Positions 15,855 through 25,286 of a stretch of DNA of 34,098 bases are shown here, piece after piece. Position numbers and translations under genes: made by a program. Below the pieces are notes generated by a model. That model worked only from the letters and a program-made list of their open reading frames with translations. It made no database searches and was not told the DNA's origin. Every line of letters starts with the position of its first letter. The first letter of the stretch is position 1. The stretch is from Candidatus Tectimicrobiota bacterium (lineage in GTDB: Bacteria > JACPUC01): assembly GCA_016192455.1 (NCBI GenBank), contig JACPUC010000007.1, positions 256,720 to 290,817 of the forward strand, given 5' to 3'.

Positions 15855-15947
15855 GAGCCACGTCAGTCGCTCGGTGGCTCCAGGCTTCCTCCGAGAGGTC
15901 CAGCCTGTTGAAAACGCCCATGCTTGCCCGGACGCTTGCGCGCCCGG
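15855..15947 (-). promoter_or_regulatory. Candidate structured cis-regulatory RNA in the flgE leader (three hairpins)
   Basis: Minus strand: CCGGGCGC-GCAA-GCGTCCGG (15947-15928); CAGGCT-GGA-CCTC-TCG-GAGG-A-AGCCTG (15907-15881); directly abutting GAGCCAC-CGAGCGACTGAC-GTGGCTC (15880-15855). Confidence 0.6.
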
Positions 15948-15980
15948 TTCCTTTCGCTACGCTGCTGCTAGCCCTTTCTG

Positions 15981-16370
15981 CTAAGCGATCACGGCGCTAT
16001 CGATGCGCGTGAACACTGCACCCGCAAGATCGCGCGCCGCCATCGCGGTGACGACGGTTCGGTTGGGGATGTTCACTACCAACGCCATGCCATCCATCAT
16101 CACGAGGGAGTCGCGGGCCCCCTTTTCGGCTGCCCGGTCCACAGCCCCCGCCAACCTTGCGAGCTGTCCCTCAACCAGGGTGAGGTCGCGCTGGGCGAGG
16201 CGCTGTTGGGCATGCGCCGAGAGTCTCACCTGCGACGGCTGCAGCTCCCGCTCCAATACTTGTTCAAACTCCTCCCGATGCTGGAGGCCTGGTGTTGGAA
16301 CGGCGGTCGGCGGCCGCGACGCCGGTGCGAGAGGGGGAACGTTCTGGAAGTGAACTGGGTGAATGGTCAT
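15981..16370 (-). CDS. Flagellar operon protein, TIGR02530-like
   Basis: LSAHAQQRL..R...AVDRAAEKGARDSLVMMDGMALVVNIPNRTVVTAM...VFTRIDSAVI, located between flgD and flgE as is typical of this family. Confidence 0.88.
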   Translation of the reverse strand: MTIHPVHFQNVPPLAPASRPPTAVPTPGLQHREEFEQVLERELQPSQVRLSAHAQQRLAQRDLTLVEGQLARLAGAVDRAAEKGARDSLVMMDGMALVVNIPNRTVVTAMAARDLAGAVFTRIDSAVIA

Positions 16371-17050
16371 GGTGTGGTGCCCTGTGGTTGACGCACCGCT
16401 GTGATGCCCTCGAGCGCCACCTCCGAGTTCCCGACGCGCAGGACGCTCACGCCGTTTCGCTGCGCAATGCCGGTGACGAGGCCCTCGACGAACGGCGTGA
16501 CCGGCAGGCGCGAGCCCTGTCCGTCCTCGGCGGTGACGGCGAAGCTGTACTGGCCATCGGGCAGCGGCGAACCGCTGGCGTCGAGGCCATCGAAGGGGAT
16601 GCGCTGCAAGCCCGTTCCCTGGTTCGCCAGCTCCAGCCGGCGCACGAGCCGCCCGCTGTCGTTGAGGATGTCCACCGTCACCCGGCGCGCCTCGCCGAAG
16701 AGTTCGTAGGTGATGGGATCGGCCGCTCCTCCGTTGAGGCCGAGGGTATTCCCCTGGGCGCTGACCTCCTTGCCCAGGTAGTTGAGCGCCATCGTCCCGT
16801 TCGCCTGCTGCTGGGTGCGCATGACGCCGCCGAGCTGCTGGTTGAGGTTGATTAACTGCTCAAGGCTGCTGAACTGTGCAAGCTGGGCGGCAAACTCACT
16901 GCCGTCCTGCGGCTTCAACGGGTCCTGGTGCTTCATCTGCGCCACCAGGAGGTTCAGGAACTCATCCCGCCCGAGCGCCTTGAGCGCACCGCTGCCGAAC
17001 GCCGACTTTGTCAGACCTTGAGTGGTGATTTCCGCTGTACCCTCAATCAT
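16367..17050 (-). CDS. flgD: Flagellar hook capping protein FlgD
   Basis: LGRDEFLNLLVAQMKHQDPLKP...FAAQLAQFSSLEQL, plus Ig-like FDGLD..G..LPDGQYSF. Confidence 0.96.
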   Translation of the reverse strand: MIEGTAEITTQGLTKSAFGSGALKALGRDEFLNLLVAQMKHQDPLKPQDGSEFAAQLAQFSSLEQLINLNQQLGGVMRTQQQANGTMALNYLGKEVSAQGNTLGLNGGAADPITYELFGEARRVTVDILNDSGRLVRRLELANQGTGLQRIPFDGLDASGSPLPDGQYSFAVTAEDGQGSRLPVTPFVEGLVTGIAQRNGVSVLRVGNSEVALEGITAVRQPQGTTP

Positions 17051-17130
17051 GCTGACGACCTTTCGTGGCGGTTGCCACGTGCAACGTTGTGATGCTCACG
17101 CCGTGGTGACCTCACCTGCCGATCAGGCAG

Positions 17131-19497
17131 CTAGGCCACGAGGTGCACGACGCCGCGGTGGCCGAGAGCGAGCGATCCGGCCGCGGCCCCGCCCGGTTGC
17201 GCGCCAGGGTCGATCGCCTCGGTCAGGCGCTCGGCCCGATCCCACCCCGGATGCGGTCCCCGCTCGGAGCCGAGCTGCTGCTCGAACCCCTGCCTCGGCT
17301 GATTCGAGATGTTGACCTGCAGACCATCGAACCGCAGGCCCTGGTCGTGCAAGCTGGCGCGGAGTTGGGCCACGTTGTTCTCCAGCAACTCCTTTACCGC
17401 GGTGGACTCCACCAGGAATGACGCCGTCACCTTGTCATGGTTGGTAACGATCTTCAGGCTGAGCCGGCCAAGCTCCTCGGGCCTGAGCTGGATCTGCAGC
17501 GTGTGCTGCCCCTGGCGCACCAGGCTGGTGGCCCGTCCGGCTATCTGCTCCAGGAGCTGGGTTAGCATCTGCGCGGGAGGCGGCGGGTTGGCCCCGGTTC
17601 CCAAGGTTTGCGGAGCGGCCGCTGACGCTCTCCCCGCATCGCCCTGCGTGCCGAGGCCTGCCGCCAGTCCCCCGTCTCGCCCGAGGTTCCCCAGCGTCAG
17701 ATCGAACGCTTCATCGGCGCGCTGGGCGTGGACCTCCGCTCCGCCTCGCGCCGCCCCGCCAAGCAGTGAGGCATCATGATGCTGCGGCGGCGTGCCCGAC
17801 TGTGAGAGATCGAAGGGTTTGCCGACTTTTTCGGGGTGGAGGGCTGGCTTTCCCGTGGCCAAGAACGATGCCAGGCTGGCTTTGTCATCGGGTCGCTCTG
17901 CCGGCCCTCCCCCCGGAGCCTCCGCGCCGGCGTCGCCGGCAGCACCGGCAAGCGCTGGGTTCGCCGCAGCCGATGCGGCGCCCCCGAGAGTTGGGGCCAC
18001 AGCCGCTGACCGCGCCGCGCTGGCCTGTCGATCAGCCTGGCCGTGCGACGTTCCCGTGTCGAGGTTCACGTCGAGAGCCATCGCGCCTGAGGGGAGATTG
18101 CCCTCCTGGAGAGCGACAGCGGCATCCTCCGCCGCCGCGCTTGCCAGCGCCACAGCTCCAGACGTGGAGAGCTGCGCCGGTTGCCCCGCCAGCTTAGGAG
18201 ACCCTTGGCGAGCAGACGCCATCCGAGCCAGATCAGCCGGCATCGTCTCTGCCCCATCGGCCGCAGGAGCCGCCACTGCCGAGTGGCCAGCCAAAGCCAC
18301 GGTCGCCGCGCTGGCCTGTCGATCAGCCTGGCCGTGCGACGTTCCCGTGTCGGGGTTCACGTCGAGAGACGTCGCGCCGGAGGGGAGATTGCCCCCCTGG
18401 AGAGCGACAGCGGCATCCTCCGGCGCTGCCGCCGCGCTTGCCGGCGCCACAGCTCCAGGCGTGGATAGCTGCGCCGGCTGCCCCGCCAGCTTGGGAGACC
18501 CTTGGCGAGCAGACGCCATCCGAGCCGGACCAGCTTGCGGCGTCTCTGACGACTGGCCAGGCGAAGCCACGGTCGCCGCGCCTGCCGCAGCCTGCCCAAC
18601 TCCGGTCTCCGCCCCCACGGGAATGCCAGCGCCGGTCGGAAGCGCCGCGCGCAGACCTCCCTCAGTCGCCTCGGCCACGGGACCGCCGACGCCCCGGGTC
18701 GTGGATGCCCCCTCCTGCGGGGCTCCGTCCTGAGCCGTTTGCGGCAGCTCCCCCCTCGCCGCGCTCATGCCGAAAAGAGAGGCAGGTGTTGCCCCAAGGT
18801 GATCCTGGTTCGAACTCCCTGCCGTCTCCTGAACGAGGAGTTGGCCTTCGCCGCCCGATGACGGCGAGGCTGCAAAGGCCTGCCCGAACGCGCCCAGCCG
18901 GGCGTACTCGGACGTTGCCTGACCGCCGACATCACCCCCTCCGGCAGGCCCATCACCCACTTCGGCAGCCTGGATGGAACCGAATCCCTGCGCGGCATTC
19001 GCCGCCCCCCAGGGGAGGGACGCTGCTGACGCGGTGGTTCCGGGAGGCTGAGCCAGCGGTTCCTCGTGCTCGTGCGGCTCCGACTCGAGCGGCGGCGACA
19101 CTTCCTGTTCCCCTCGTGTGGAAGACAGCGGAGCCTCAGGCGTGTCCCGCAGTGTCGGCGCTGCCGCCGATGCTTGGTACGGCGCCTCGTCCTGTTTGCC
19201 GGCGCCTTGAGGCCCGCCCGGGGCCCGCGATTTCGCCTCCTCGCCGCGCCTGCGCGAGCCGGGTTCAACCGAGGATCGTCGCGCGAGCGCAGGCTGCCGA
19301 GTCGGCGGGCGCCCTGGCGCGGCTGCTGGGGAGGGTGTGCCCTCCTGGCTTGCCACGGAAGCATCCAAGGTGGCGCCAAACCGATCGTCAGCGCCGCCTG
19401 GCGGACTGCCACGCGCCTTGCCACCGGCAACCGCCGCAACTTGGGATGCGGGCGTTGCCGGCAGTTGAGCCAAGATCGTGCTCGGCATGTCCATCAC
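17131..19497 (-). CDS. fliK: Flagellar hook-length control protein FliK (788 aa)
   Basis: Long Ala/Gly/Pro-rich N-terminal region and C-terminal T3S4 domain IQLRPEELGRLSLKI...VKELLENNVAQLRASLHDQGL; directly upstream of flgD. Confidence 0.92.
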   Translation of the reverse strand: MMDMPSTILAQLPATPASQVAAVAGGKARGSPPGGADDRFGATLDASVASQEGTPSPAAAPGRPPTRQPALARRSSVEPGSRRRGEEAKSRAPGGPQGAGKQDEAPYQASAAAPTLRDTPEAPLSSTRGEQEVSPPLESEPHEHEEPLAQPPGTTASAASLPWGAANAAQGFGSIQAAEVGDGPAGGGDVGGQATSEYARLGAFGQAFAASPSSGGEGQLLVQETAGSSNQDHLGATPASLFGMSAARGELPQTAQDGAPQEGASTTRGVGGPVAEATEGGLRAALPTGAGIPVGAETGVGQAAAGAATVASPGQSSETPQAGPARMASARQGSPKLAGQPAQLSTPGAVAPASAAAAPEDAAVALQGGNLPSGATSLDVNPDTGTSHGQADRQASAATVALAGHSAVAAPAADGAETMPADLARMASARQGSPKLAGQPAQLSTSGAVALASAAAEDAAVALQEGNLPSGAMALDVNLDTGTSHGQADRQASAARSAAVAPTLGGAASAAANPALAGAAGDAGAEAPGGGPAERPDDKASLASFLATGKPALHPEKVGKPFDLSQSGTPPQHHDASLLGGAARGGAEVHAQRADEAFDLTLGNLGRDGGLAAGLGTQGDAGRASAAAPQTLGTGANPPPPAQMLTQLLEQIAGRATSLVRQGQHTLQIQLRPEELGRLSLKIVTNHDKVTASFLVESTAVKELLENNVAQLRASLHDQGLRFDGLQVNISNQPRQGFEQQLGSERGPHPGWDRAERLTEAIDPGAQPGGAAAGSLALGHRGVVHLVA
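18013..18580. repeat. In-frame tandem duplication inside fliK
   Basis: Core copies 18013-18229 (217 bp) and 18304-18526 (223 bp) encode ARMASARQGSPKLAGQPAQLST...DTGTSHGQADRQASAA. The 16-mer agccacggtcgccgcg recurs at 18295 and 18565. Confidence 0.92.
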
Positions 19498-19576
19498 CTC
19501 CTTTCATGATGTGGAGAACCCAGGCCTACTCAGCCTGGGGCCGGGGCGGCTCGGGCCGCGGCCCTTGCCGCCGGTC

Positions 19577-20491
19577 TCAGAGCGTCCTCTTCTGCAGCGA
19601 CTCCAACGACAACACACGCTGGATGGTGCTGGCCCGAGCCGGGTCCAGGAGATGCAGGATGACGCGCGCCCGCGGCTGGGGCAGTTTCTGCAACATCACG
19701 AGCAGCGTGCCATCCGAGAGGTTCTCCGTGAGGTCCGCCGCCAGCCGTGGCGGGAGCCGAGTCGCCAAGCGGACCAGGCGCTCGAGGTCCTGCGGCTCAG
19801 CCATCGATTCCAGCCGGACGGGCTTCAAGAATGCGGTGGTGATTCTGGCAGCCAGGCCTGCGTTGAGCTGCTCGAAGATCTTTGCAGCCTTCGTCTCCCG
19901 CAGCTCTCGCAGCAGCTTCACCGCCATTTCCAGGGGCAGCCGCTGGTAGAGCTTGGCCGCAGCCTCGGCCCGCATCGACTCATAGAGCTGCACAAAGGAG
20001 CCAATCTTCTTCGCCTCGAAGGAACGCTGTTTGGTCTCGAACTGGGCCACGATCGCCTCGATGAACCGCACGTATTCGAGGTTCTCCCGCACCTCCACCG
20101 CCAGCAACTGGAGAGCCGCCTCGCGTCGTTCGACCTCTTGACGCCGCGCCGCCAATGCTCGTTCACGCTCGACTCTCTCCTTCAGCACGTCGCGCAACCC
20201 ATGTGGAGAGGCAAGGATGCGGCGCTCCAGTTCCTCGCCGCGACCCGACTCCTGTCCAGCCTCCTGCTCCGGCGCCCCGCCCGCAGTGGTTCGGGGAATC
20301 CTGGTTGCCGCGGCCGCCGGGGAGGCAGTTGCAGGCTCGTCCGAGGGGGCGTTCTGCGGCTCCGCCGCCTCCCGAGGGGACCTTGCACGTTGGCCCGGCG
20401 GTGCGTTCTGGGCCAGCGCCTGGGCCGCCAGCAGCACGCCGCCGAGGAAGATTGTTGCGATGACTGCCGCCAACGCCTGGAAACGGATCAT
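19577..20491 (-). CDS. MotE/YlxF-like periplasmic flagellar protein (MgtE_N-like repeats), copy 2
   Basis: Signal peptide MIRFQALAA...AQALA, coiled coil, FVQLYESMRAEAAAKLY...KAAKIFEQL and a second degenerate repeat. Start set at ATG 20491. Confidence 0.75.
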   Translation of the reverse strand: MIRFQALAAVIATIFLGGVLLAAQALAQNAPPGQRARSPREAAEPQNAPSDEPATASPAAAATRIPRTTAGGAPEQEAGQESGRGEELERRILASPHGLRDVLKERVERERALAARRQEVERREAALQLLAVEVRENLEYVRFIEAIVAQFETKQRSFEAKKIGSFVQLYESMRAEAAAKLYQRLPLEMAVKLLRELRETKAAKIFEQLNAGLAARITTAFLKPVRLESMAEPQDLERLVRLATRLPPRLAADLTENLSDGTLLVMLQKLPQPRARVILHLLDPARASTIQRVLSLESLQKRTL

Positions 20492-20590
20492 CCTTGCCTC
20501 TCGGTTCGCCTGCTGTCGCCTTTGCGAGTCTTCGCATCGGCGCCGGGAACCGTCCAGACCCAACCGCCCGCGGCCCGCGGCGGTAGCGGG

Positions 20591-21427
20591 CTACTTTTCC
20601 GCCTTTGCCGTGGAGACGCGCATGAGCGCCGCACTCACCGCGGTGCCCCGCTGCGCCTCGAGGTTCGCCAGCACCTTCGCCGCCTTGGCGCTCCGCATGC
20701 CGCGCATGAGACGCACGGTGGTGGAGAGTGGCAGCTCGTTGAAAATCCTGGCGGCGTGCGTCGGCCGCATCGACTCATAGAGCTTCACGAGCCGGCGAAG
20801 CTGCCGGTCCTTGAAAAGGTTCTGCGCCTCGAGCTGCTTGATGACCCCTGCTTGCGTTGTCATCATGAGCTGGATTTCGCGGCGCAGCTTTTCCTGGAGA
20901 TCGCTCAGCTTCGTCTCCCGGGAAGCAAGCTCGCGTTCTTGTTCGACAATCGCGTGCTCGCGACGGAGGATCGCGCCGATGAGGCCCGCCACCGCCTCCT
21001 TCGAGAAAGGGGACGAAGCAGCCTTCTCGTCGTCCGCGCCATCGTCCTCCGCGGCGCCTGTCTCCCGAAGTTGCCCGGGGCTCGCGCTGTCCGTCTCCTC
21101 AGAAGACGCCTGCGACCGATCCGCGCTGGTGGGACGCGGGTTCGCCGGGCCCGACGATTGAGCTGCGCCGGCGTTCACCTTCATCGGGGTGCTGGATCGG
21201 CCCTGCTCGCTCGCCGCCGCAGGCACGCCCTCAGGCCCAGCGGCGCTTTCCAACGGCGCCGCCGTTGGGGGGGCAGGAGCCGCCCCGCTCGGCGCCGCTG
21301 CCTTGGAGTCGCGCTCGACCTGCGGCGACTGGGCCTGGCCAGGCAGGGCGACGATGAGGAAGCTTAGGAGCGCCGCAAGCAGCAGCGCGCCCCAGCCTGA
21401 GCGGACGTACGCTTTTTCGGACCTCAT
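20591..21427 (-). CDS. MotE/YlxF-like periplasmic flagellar protein (MgtE_N-like), copy 1
   Basis: N-terminal hydrophobic segment, low-complexity linker, coiled coil and LVKLYESMRPTHAARIFNEL...KAAKVLANL; lies between fliJ and fliK. Confidence 0.8.
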   Translation of the reverse strand: MRSEKAYVRSGWGALLLAALLSFLIVALPGQAQSPQVERDSKAAAPSGAAPAPPTAAPLESAAGPEGVPAAASEQGRSSTPMKVNAGAAQSSGPANPRPTSADRSQASSEETDSASPGQLRETGAAEDDGADDEKAASSPFSKEAVAGLIGAILRREHAIVEQERELASRETKLSDLQEKLRREIQLMMTTQAGVIKQLEAQNLFKDRQLRRLVKLYESMRPTHAARIFNELPLSTTVRLMRGMRSAKAAKVLANLEAQRGTAVSAALMRVSTAKAEK

Positions 21428-21894
21428 GCCGAGCCTCCCGAGGTTCCCCGATCACGGCTGAGACGCCGCGCGACATCACGCATGGCGCGCTCATCAAAGC
21501 CAAGCTGCTCGGCGCGACGCTGCTCTCGCCGGTAGGCGCGCCAGCGGCGCTCATACAATGTCTCCAGCGCTTGCCGAGCGGTCTCGGCCTGCAGGTACGC
21601 CTGCCGCGCAGCAGCGAGGCGTTCCTCGCATTCCGCGAGCCGCCGGTGCTGCGCCGCGATCCGGCCGTCGAGTGCCTCGCGGTAAGTCTGGTGCAGTTGC
21701 ACGTTCCGCATCACCGTGCCACCGGCAAGGCAGTGCACGAGCGTCTGCTCCGCCGCCGTGTGCTCCTCCTGCAGCCGCTGCAGCTCTGCCTGTGCGGCGA
21801 CGAGCTCGGCGGTCGCGCGCCCCACGACCCGCTCACACGCCTCGCAGCGGCGCCGACGGTGCTGCAGCACACTCTGCAGGTGAAAACGGAACAC
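21424..21894 (-). CDS. fliJ: Flagellar export chaperone FliJ
   Basis: FRFHLQSVL..R N-terminus, coiled coil, C-terminal EQLGFDE; follows fliI. Confidence 0.88.
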   Translation of the reverse strand: MFRFHLQSVLQHRRRRCEACERVVGRATAELVAAQAELQRLQEEHTAAEQTLVHCLAGGTVMRNVQLHQTYREALDGRIAAQHRRLAECEERLAAARQAYLQAETARQALETLYERRWRAYRREQRRAEQLGFDERAMRDVARRLSRDRGTSGGSA

Positions 21895-21960
21895 GTCACC
21901 CTCACCGGATCGGGGGGCAGGGCGCCATGTGGTCCGGCCTCGGTCGTGCCAGCCCCGAGG

Positions 21961-23283
21961 CTAGGCAACGACGCCGCGAAGCTGCTCCACCGTCGCCTGC
22001 ATGGAAGCCCCGACCTCGACGCGCTGCTGCAAGAAGTCGTTGACCGCGCCGATGCGGTCGATGGCATCGTCGATGCGCACATTGCTCCCCCGCACGTAGG
22101 CGCCGATATTGATGAGGTCCTCCGCCTCGGCGTATGTCGCGGCGATGCGGCGCAGCCGGCCCGCCCATTCCAGGTGCTCAGGAGGCACCACGTCCTTCAT
22201 GGGCCGGCTGAGGCTGCGCAAGACGTTGATGGCGGGGAAATGGTTCCGCGCCGCCAGCTCGCGCGACAGCTCGACGTGGCCATCGAGGATGGAGCGCACG
22301 GCGTCGGCGATCGGCTCGTCCATGTCGTCCCCTTCGACGAGCACCGTGTAGATGCCCGTGATGCTGCCGGCCTCCGCCGCGTTGCCGGCGCGCTCAAGGA
22401 GCTTCGGCAGCAGCGCGAAGACGGAGGGGGTGTAGCCGCGCGACGTCGGCGGTTCGCCGATCGCCAACCCCACCTCGCGCTGCGCCATGGCGAAGCGCGT
22501 CAGCGAGTCCATCAGGAGCAGCACGTCACGCCCGCAGCCCCGGAAGTACTCCGCCACCGCGGTCGCCACGTAGGCCGCGCGCATCCTGATGAGGGGCGGT
22601 TGATCGGAGGTGGCGCAGACGACGACGGAGCGCCGCAGCCCGGCCGCGCCAAGATCGTTTTCGAGGAACTCGCGCAGCTCACGACCACGCTCTCCAACGA
22701 GCGCGATGACGTTGACGTCGGCTGTGGTAAAGCGGGCAATCATGCCCAGCAGCACGCTCTTGCCCACGCCGCTGCCCGCCATGAGCGCCAGGCGCTGCCC
22801 CTTGCCGATGGTGAGGAGGCCGTTGATCGCCTTCACGCCGACATCGAGCGGCTCACGCAAACGGCGCCGCGTCATCGGGTTGAGCGGCTCTGCATAGAGG
22901 GGATAGGCCGTCTCCGCCTCGAGCGGTCCCCGCCCGTCGATCGGCTCCCCCAGACCGTTGAGGACACGCCCCAACAGCTTCGGGCCGACGGGCGTCGTGG
23001 CGACACTGTTGCGGGAGAGGATGGTGGAGCCTGGGCCGATGCCCCGCAGCTCTCCCAGCGGCATGAGGAGAATGCGCTGATCCCGGAACCCGACCACCTC
23101 GGCAGGAACTCCCGCGGCGCCGTGCTGCGGCAGGATCACGCAGGCGCCACCGACGGACGAGGCCGGTCCCAGACCTTCGATCACCAGCCCGAGCACCTGG
23201 GTAACCCTCCCCTGCACCTTCAGGGGCTGGGCGCGACGCGCTGCCCCGAGGTAGCGCCGAGCAGTCGTCAGGAGTCGTTCCAT
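21961..23283 (-). CDS. fliI: Flagellar export ATPase FliI
   Basis: Walker A AGSGVGKS, LVGERGRE, Walker B LLLMDSLTRFA, GEPPTSRGYTPS and ILDGH. Start placed at ATG 23283 (AGGAG RBS, 440 aa). Confidence 0.96.
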   Translation of the reverse strand: MERLLTTARRYLGAARRAQPLKVQGRVTQVLGLVIEGLGPASSVGGACVILPQHGAAGVPAEVVGFRDQRILLMPLGELRGIGPGSTILSRNSVATTPVGPKLLGRVLNGLGEPIDGRGPLEAETAYPLYAEPLNPMTRRRLREPLDVGVKAINGLLTIGKGQRLALMAGSGVGKSVLLGMIARFTTADVNVIALVGERGRELREFLENDLGAAGLRRSVVVCATSDQPPLIRMRAAYVATAVAEYFRGCGRDVLLLMDSLTRFAMAQREVGLAIGEPPTSRGYTPSVFALLPKLLERAGNAAEAGSITGIYTVLVEGDDMDEPIADAVRSILDGHVELSRELAARNHFPAINVLRSLSRPMKDVVPPEHLEWAGRLRRIAATYAEAEDLINIGAYVRGSNVRIDDAIDRIGAVNDFLQQRVEVGASMQATVEQLRGVVA

Positions 23284-23419
23284 CGCTCTCCTCATGGCCT
23301 CCGCAACGGATGTCGACGGGCGGCCCTCGCCCGGCGGCTGCACAGGCGGCGCGTGCGGCGCCATCGGAGCCGCCGCCCCACTCCCGGGGGCCACCGATCT
23401 GGCTGGGTCGAACTCGACC

Positions 23420-24271
23420 TTACCCTCCTGGGCCGTTTCGCTCGCCCTCCTGGGGGTCGCCTGCCGTGCCGTCACCCGCCAGGGTGCGCGCGTCATCTGT
23501 GTGGGGCGCCGGGCGGGGCTCGAACCCCACCTCCTGATTCATCTGCGCCAGAAGTTCCTCAAGCTGGACCTCCAGGCGCGCATCGACATCGCCGCTCGTG
23601 GTGCGCACGCGGCAATCTCCCGAGCGCAATGCATCGTCCACGATGATCTGCACCTGCCGGATGTTCTCGCAGCCCGCCAGCAGGTCGGCTTGACGCTCGC
23701 TGATGAGCCGGTGGTCCGCGGCGCTCACGAGCAGTTCCATCTCGAAGGCCCCATGCACGGCCGTGAGCGCGGCGCGCGCCATGGAGAGGACCACCCCGGG
23801 ATCACTGTCCAGCTCGCGTCTCACGAGTTTCATGGCCATGCTGCGAACAATGTCCACGAGGTGCGCCTCGAGGTGTCGGCAAAGTCGCGCCTCGAAAGAC
23901 TGCAGGTTTTCCGCGACGCCGCGAACCGCCTCGACCGCCTGCGCGATGCGGGCTTCCGCCTCCGCTGCGGCCTGCTGGAATCCGTCTTGCGCGCCGCGCG
24001 CGTAGCCGCGCTGATAGTCCGCCTGGCGCTCAGCCTGGTGCTCCGCCGCAGCCTGGTGAAGCGCCAGGTCGACGCGCCGGCCGTCCTGATAGCTGATGCG
24101 CCCCTGCGCATCCGTGTAGGTGTTCGGAGTCCAGGTCGCGCCGCTGCCGCTCCCCCCATGTTGATCTGCACGAAAGCGGGCCGTCGGGCGGGACGTGGGG
24201 TCCGGGGGATGGGTGAAGGCGCGCAGCACAAACGGCGTTGCGGCGTCCGCGGGATCAAGGCGCCGCTTCAC
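23420..24271 (-). CDS. fliH: Flagellar assembly protein FliH
   Basis: GxxxG repeats (YQRGYARGAQDGFQQA) and C-terminal DDALRSGDCRVRTTSGDVDA; between fliG and fliI. Start uncertain (GTG 24271 with GAGGGAG RBS, or ATG 24304). Confidence 0.88.
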   Translation of the reverse strand: MKRRLDPADAATPFVLRAFTHPPDPTSRPTARFRADQHGGSGSGATWTPNTYTDAQGRISYQDGRRVDLALHQAAAEHQAERQADYQRGYARGAQDGFQQAAAEAEARIAQAVEAVRGVAENLQSFEARLCRHLEAHLVDIVRSMAMKLVRRELDSDPGVVLSMARAALTAVHGAFEMELLVSAADHRLISERQADLLAGCENIRQVQIIVDDALRSGDCRVRTTSGDVDARLEVQLEELLAQMNQEVGFEPRPAPHTDDARTLAGDGTAGDPQEGERNGPGG

Positions 24272-24290
24272 CAGGGCTCCCTCGTCCTTC

Positions 24291-25286
24291 CTAGAGGATG
24301 ACATCGTCGGACCCACCCCGGCTGATCATGATCTTCCCCTCGTCTTCGAGTCGACGCGCCACCTGGATGATGTTCTGCTGCGCCCCCTCGACATCACTCA
24401 GGCGCACCGGGCCGAGAGCTTCGAGGTCTTCCCGCAGCATCTCCGCAGCGCGCTCCGACATGTTCTTGAAGAAGAGCTCCTTTACCCCCTCGCTGGCCGA
24501 TTTCATCGCCAAGATGAGCTGATCATTCTGGACCTCCTTCAGCACCGCCTGGATGCCCAACCCATCGATGTGCGCGAGATCCTCGAAGACGAACATGCGC
24601 TTGCGAATCTCTTCGGCGAGGTCGGAGCGGAACTCCTCCACGGCGCTGAAGATCGATTCCTCGCTTGCCTTGTCGAGCTGGTTGAGAATCTCCGCGGCAG
24701 TCTCCACGCCCCCTATCTCGCGCCTCTTTGCGCCGCTGCTCTCCTGCAGTTCGCGGCAAATCATCTCGCTCACCTCATCGAGGACCTCGGGGGCGACGGG
24801 TTCAAGGGTGGAGACGCGCACGATGATCTCGGACCGCATGCGCTCCGGTAACAGCTTCATTACCGTGGCAGCCTGGCGGGGCTCCATGTGGGCCACCACC
24901 AGCGCCGCCGTCTGCGGGTGTTCGTTGCCGAGGAAGCGCGCGAGCGCTTTCTCATCAATCCTTCCGAGGCTCTCGAAACGATCGCCCGAATTCGTCTGGT
25001 CGCCGACCATGGCCTCGGCTTTCTTATCGCCGACAGCTTTGCTGAGGAGACGCTTGAACTGATCCTGGCTGCCGATGAGATGCTCGCTCTGCGCCAGATC
25101 GATGAACTCGCGGATCACCACGGCGATCTCTTCCGACGGCACCCGCTCGAGCTCGGGCAGGCAGTCGCGGATGCGTTGGATGTCGCGCGGATCGAGGAAG
25201 CGAAAGACGGCGGCGGCCACCTCCTCGCCCAGGGAGAAGAGGACGATCGCCGTCTTCATGGCTCCCGACAGGCTAGCTGCTGCCAT
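24291..25286 (-). CDS. fliG: Flagellar rotor protein FliG
   Basis: EHPQ motif, GG linker, MFVFEDL and the charged ridge NMSERAAEMLREDL..LGPVRLSDVE. Confidence 0.97.
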   Translation of the reverse strand: MAAASLSGAMKTAIVLFSLGEEVAAAVFRFLDPRDIQRIRDCLPELERVPSEEIAVVIREFIDLAQSEHLIGSQDQFKRLLSKAVGDKKAEAMVGDQTNSGDRFESLGRIDEKALARFLGNEHPQTAALVVAHMEPRQAATVMKLLPERMRSEIIVRVSTLEPVAPEVLDEVSEMICRELQESSGAKRREIGGVETAAEILNQLDKASEESIFSAVEEFRSDLAEEIRKRMFVFEDLAHIDGLGIQAVLKEVQNDQLILAMKSASEGVKELFFKNMSERAAEMLREDLEALGPVRLSDVEGAQQNIIQVARRLEDEGKIMISRGGSDDVIL

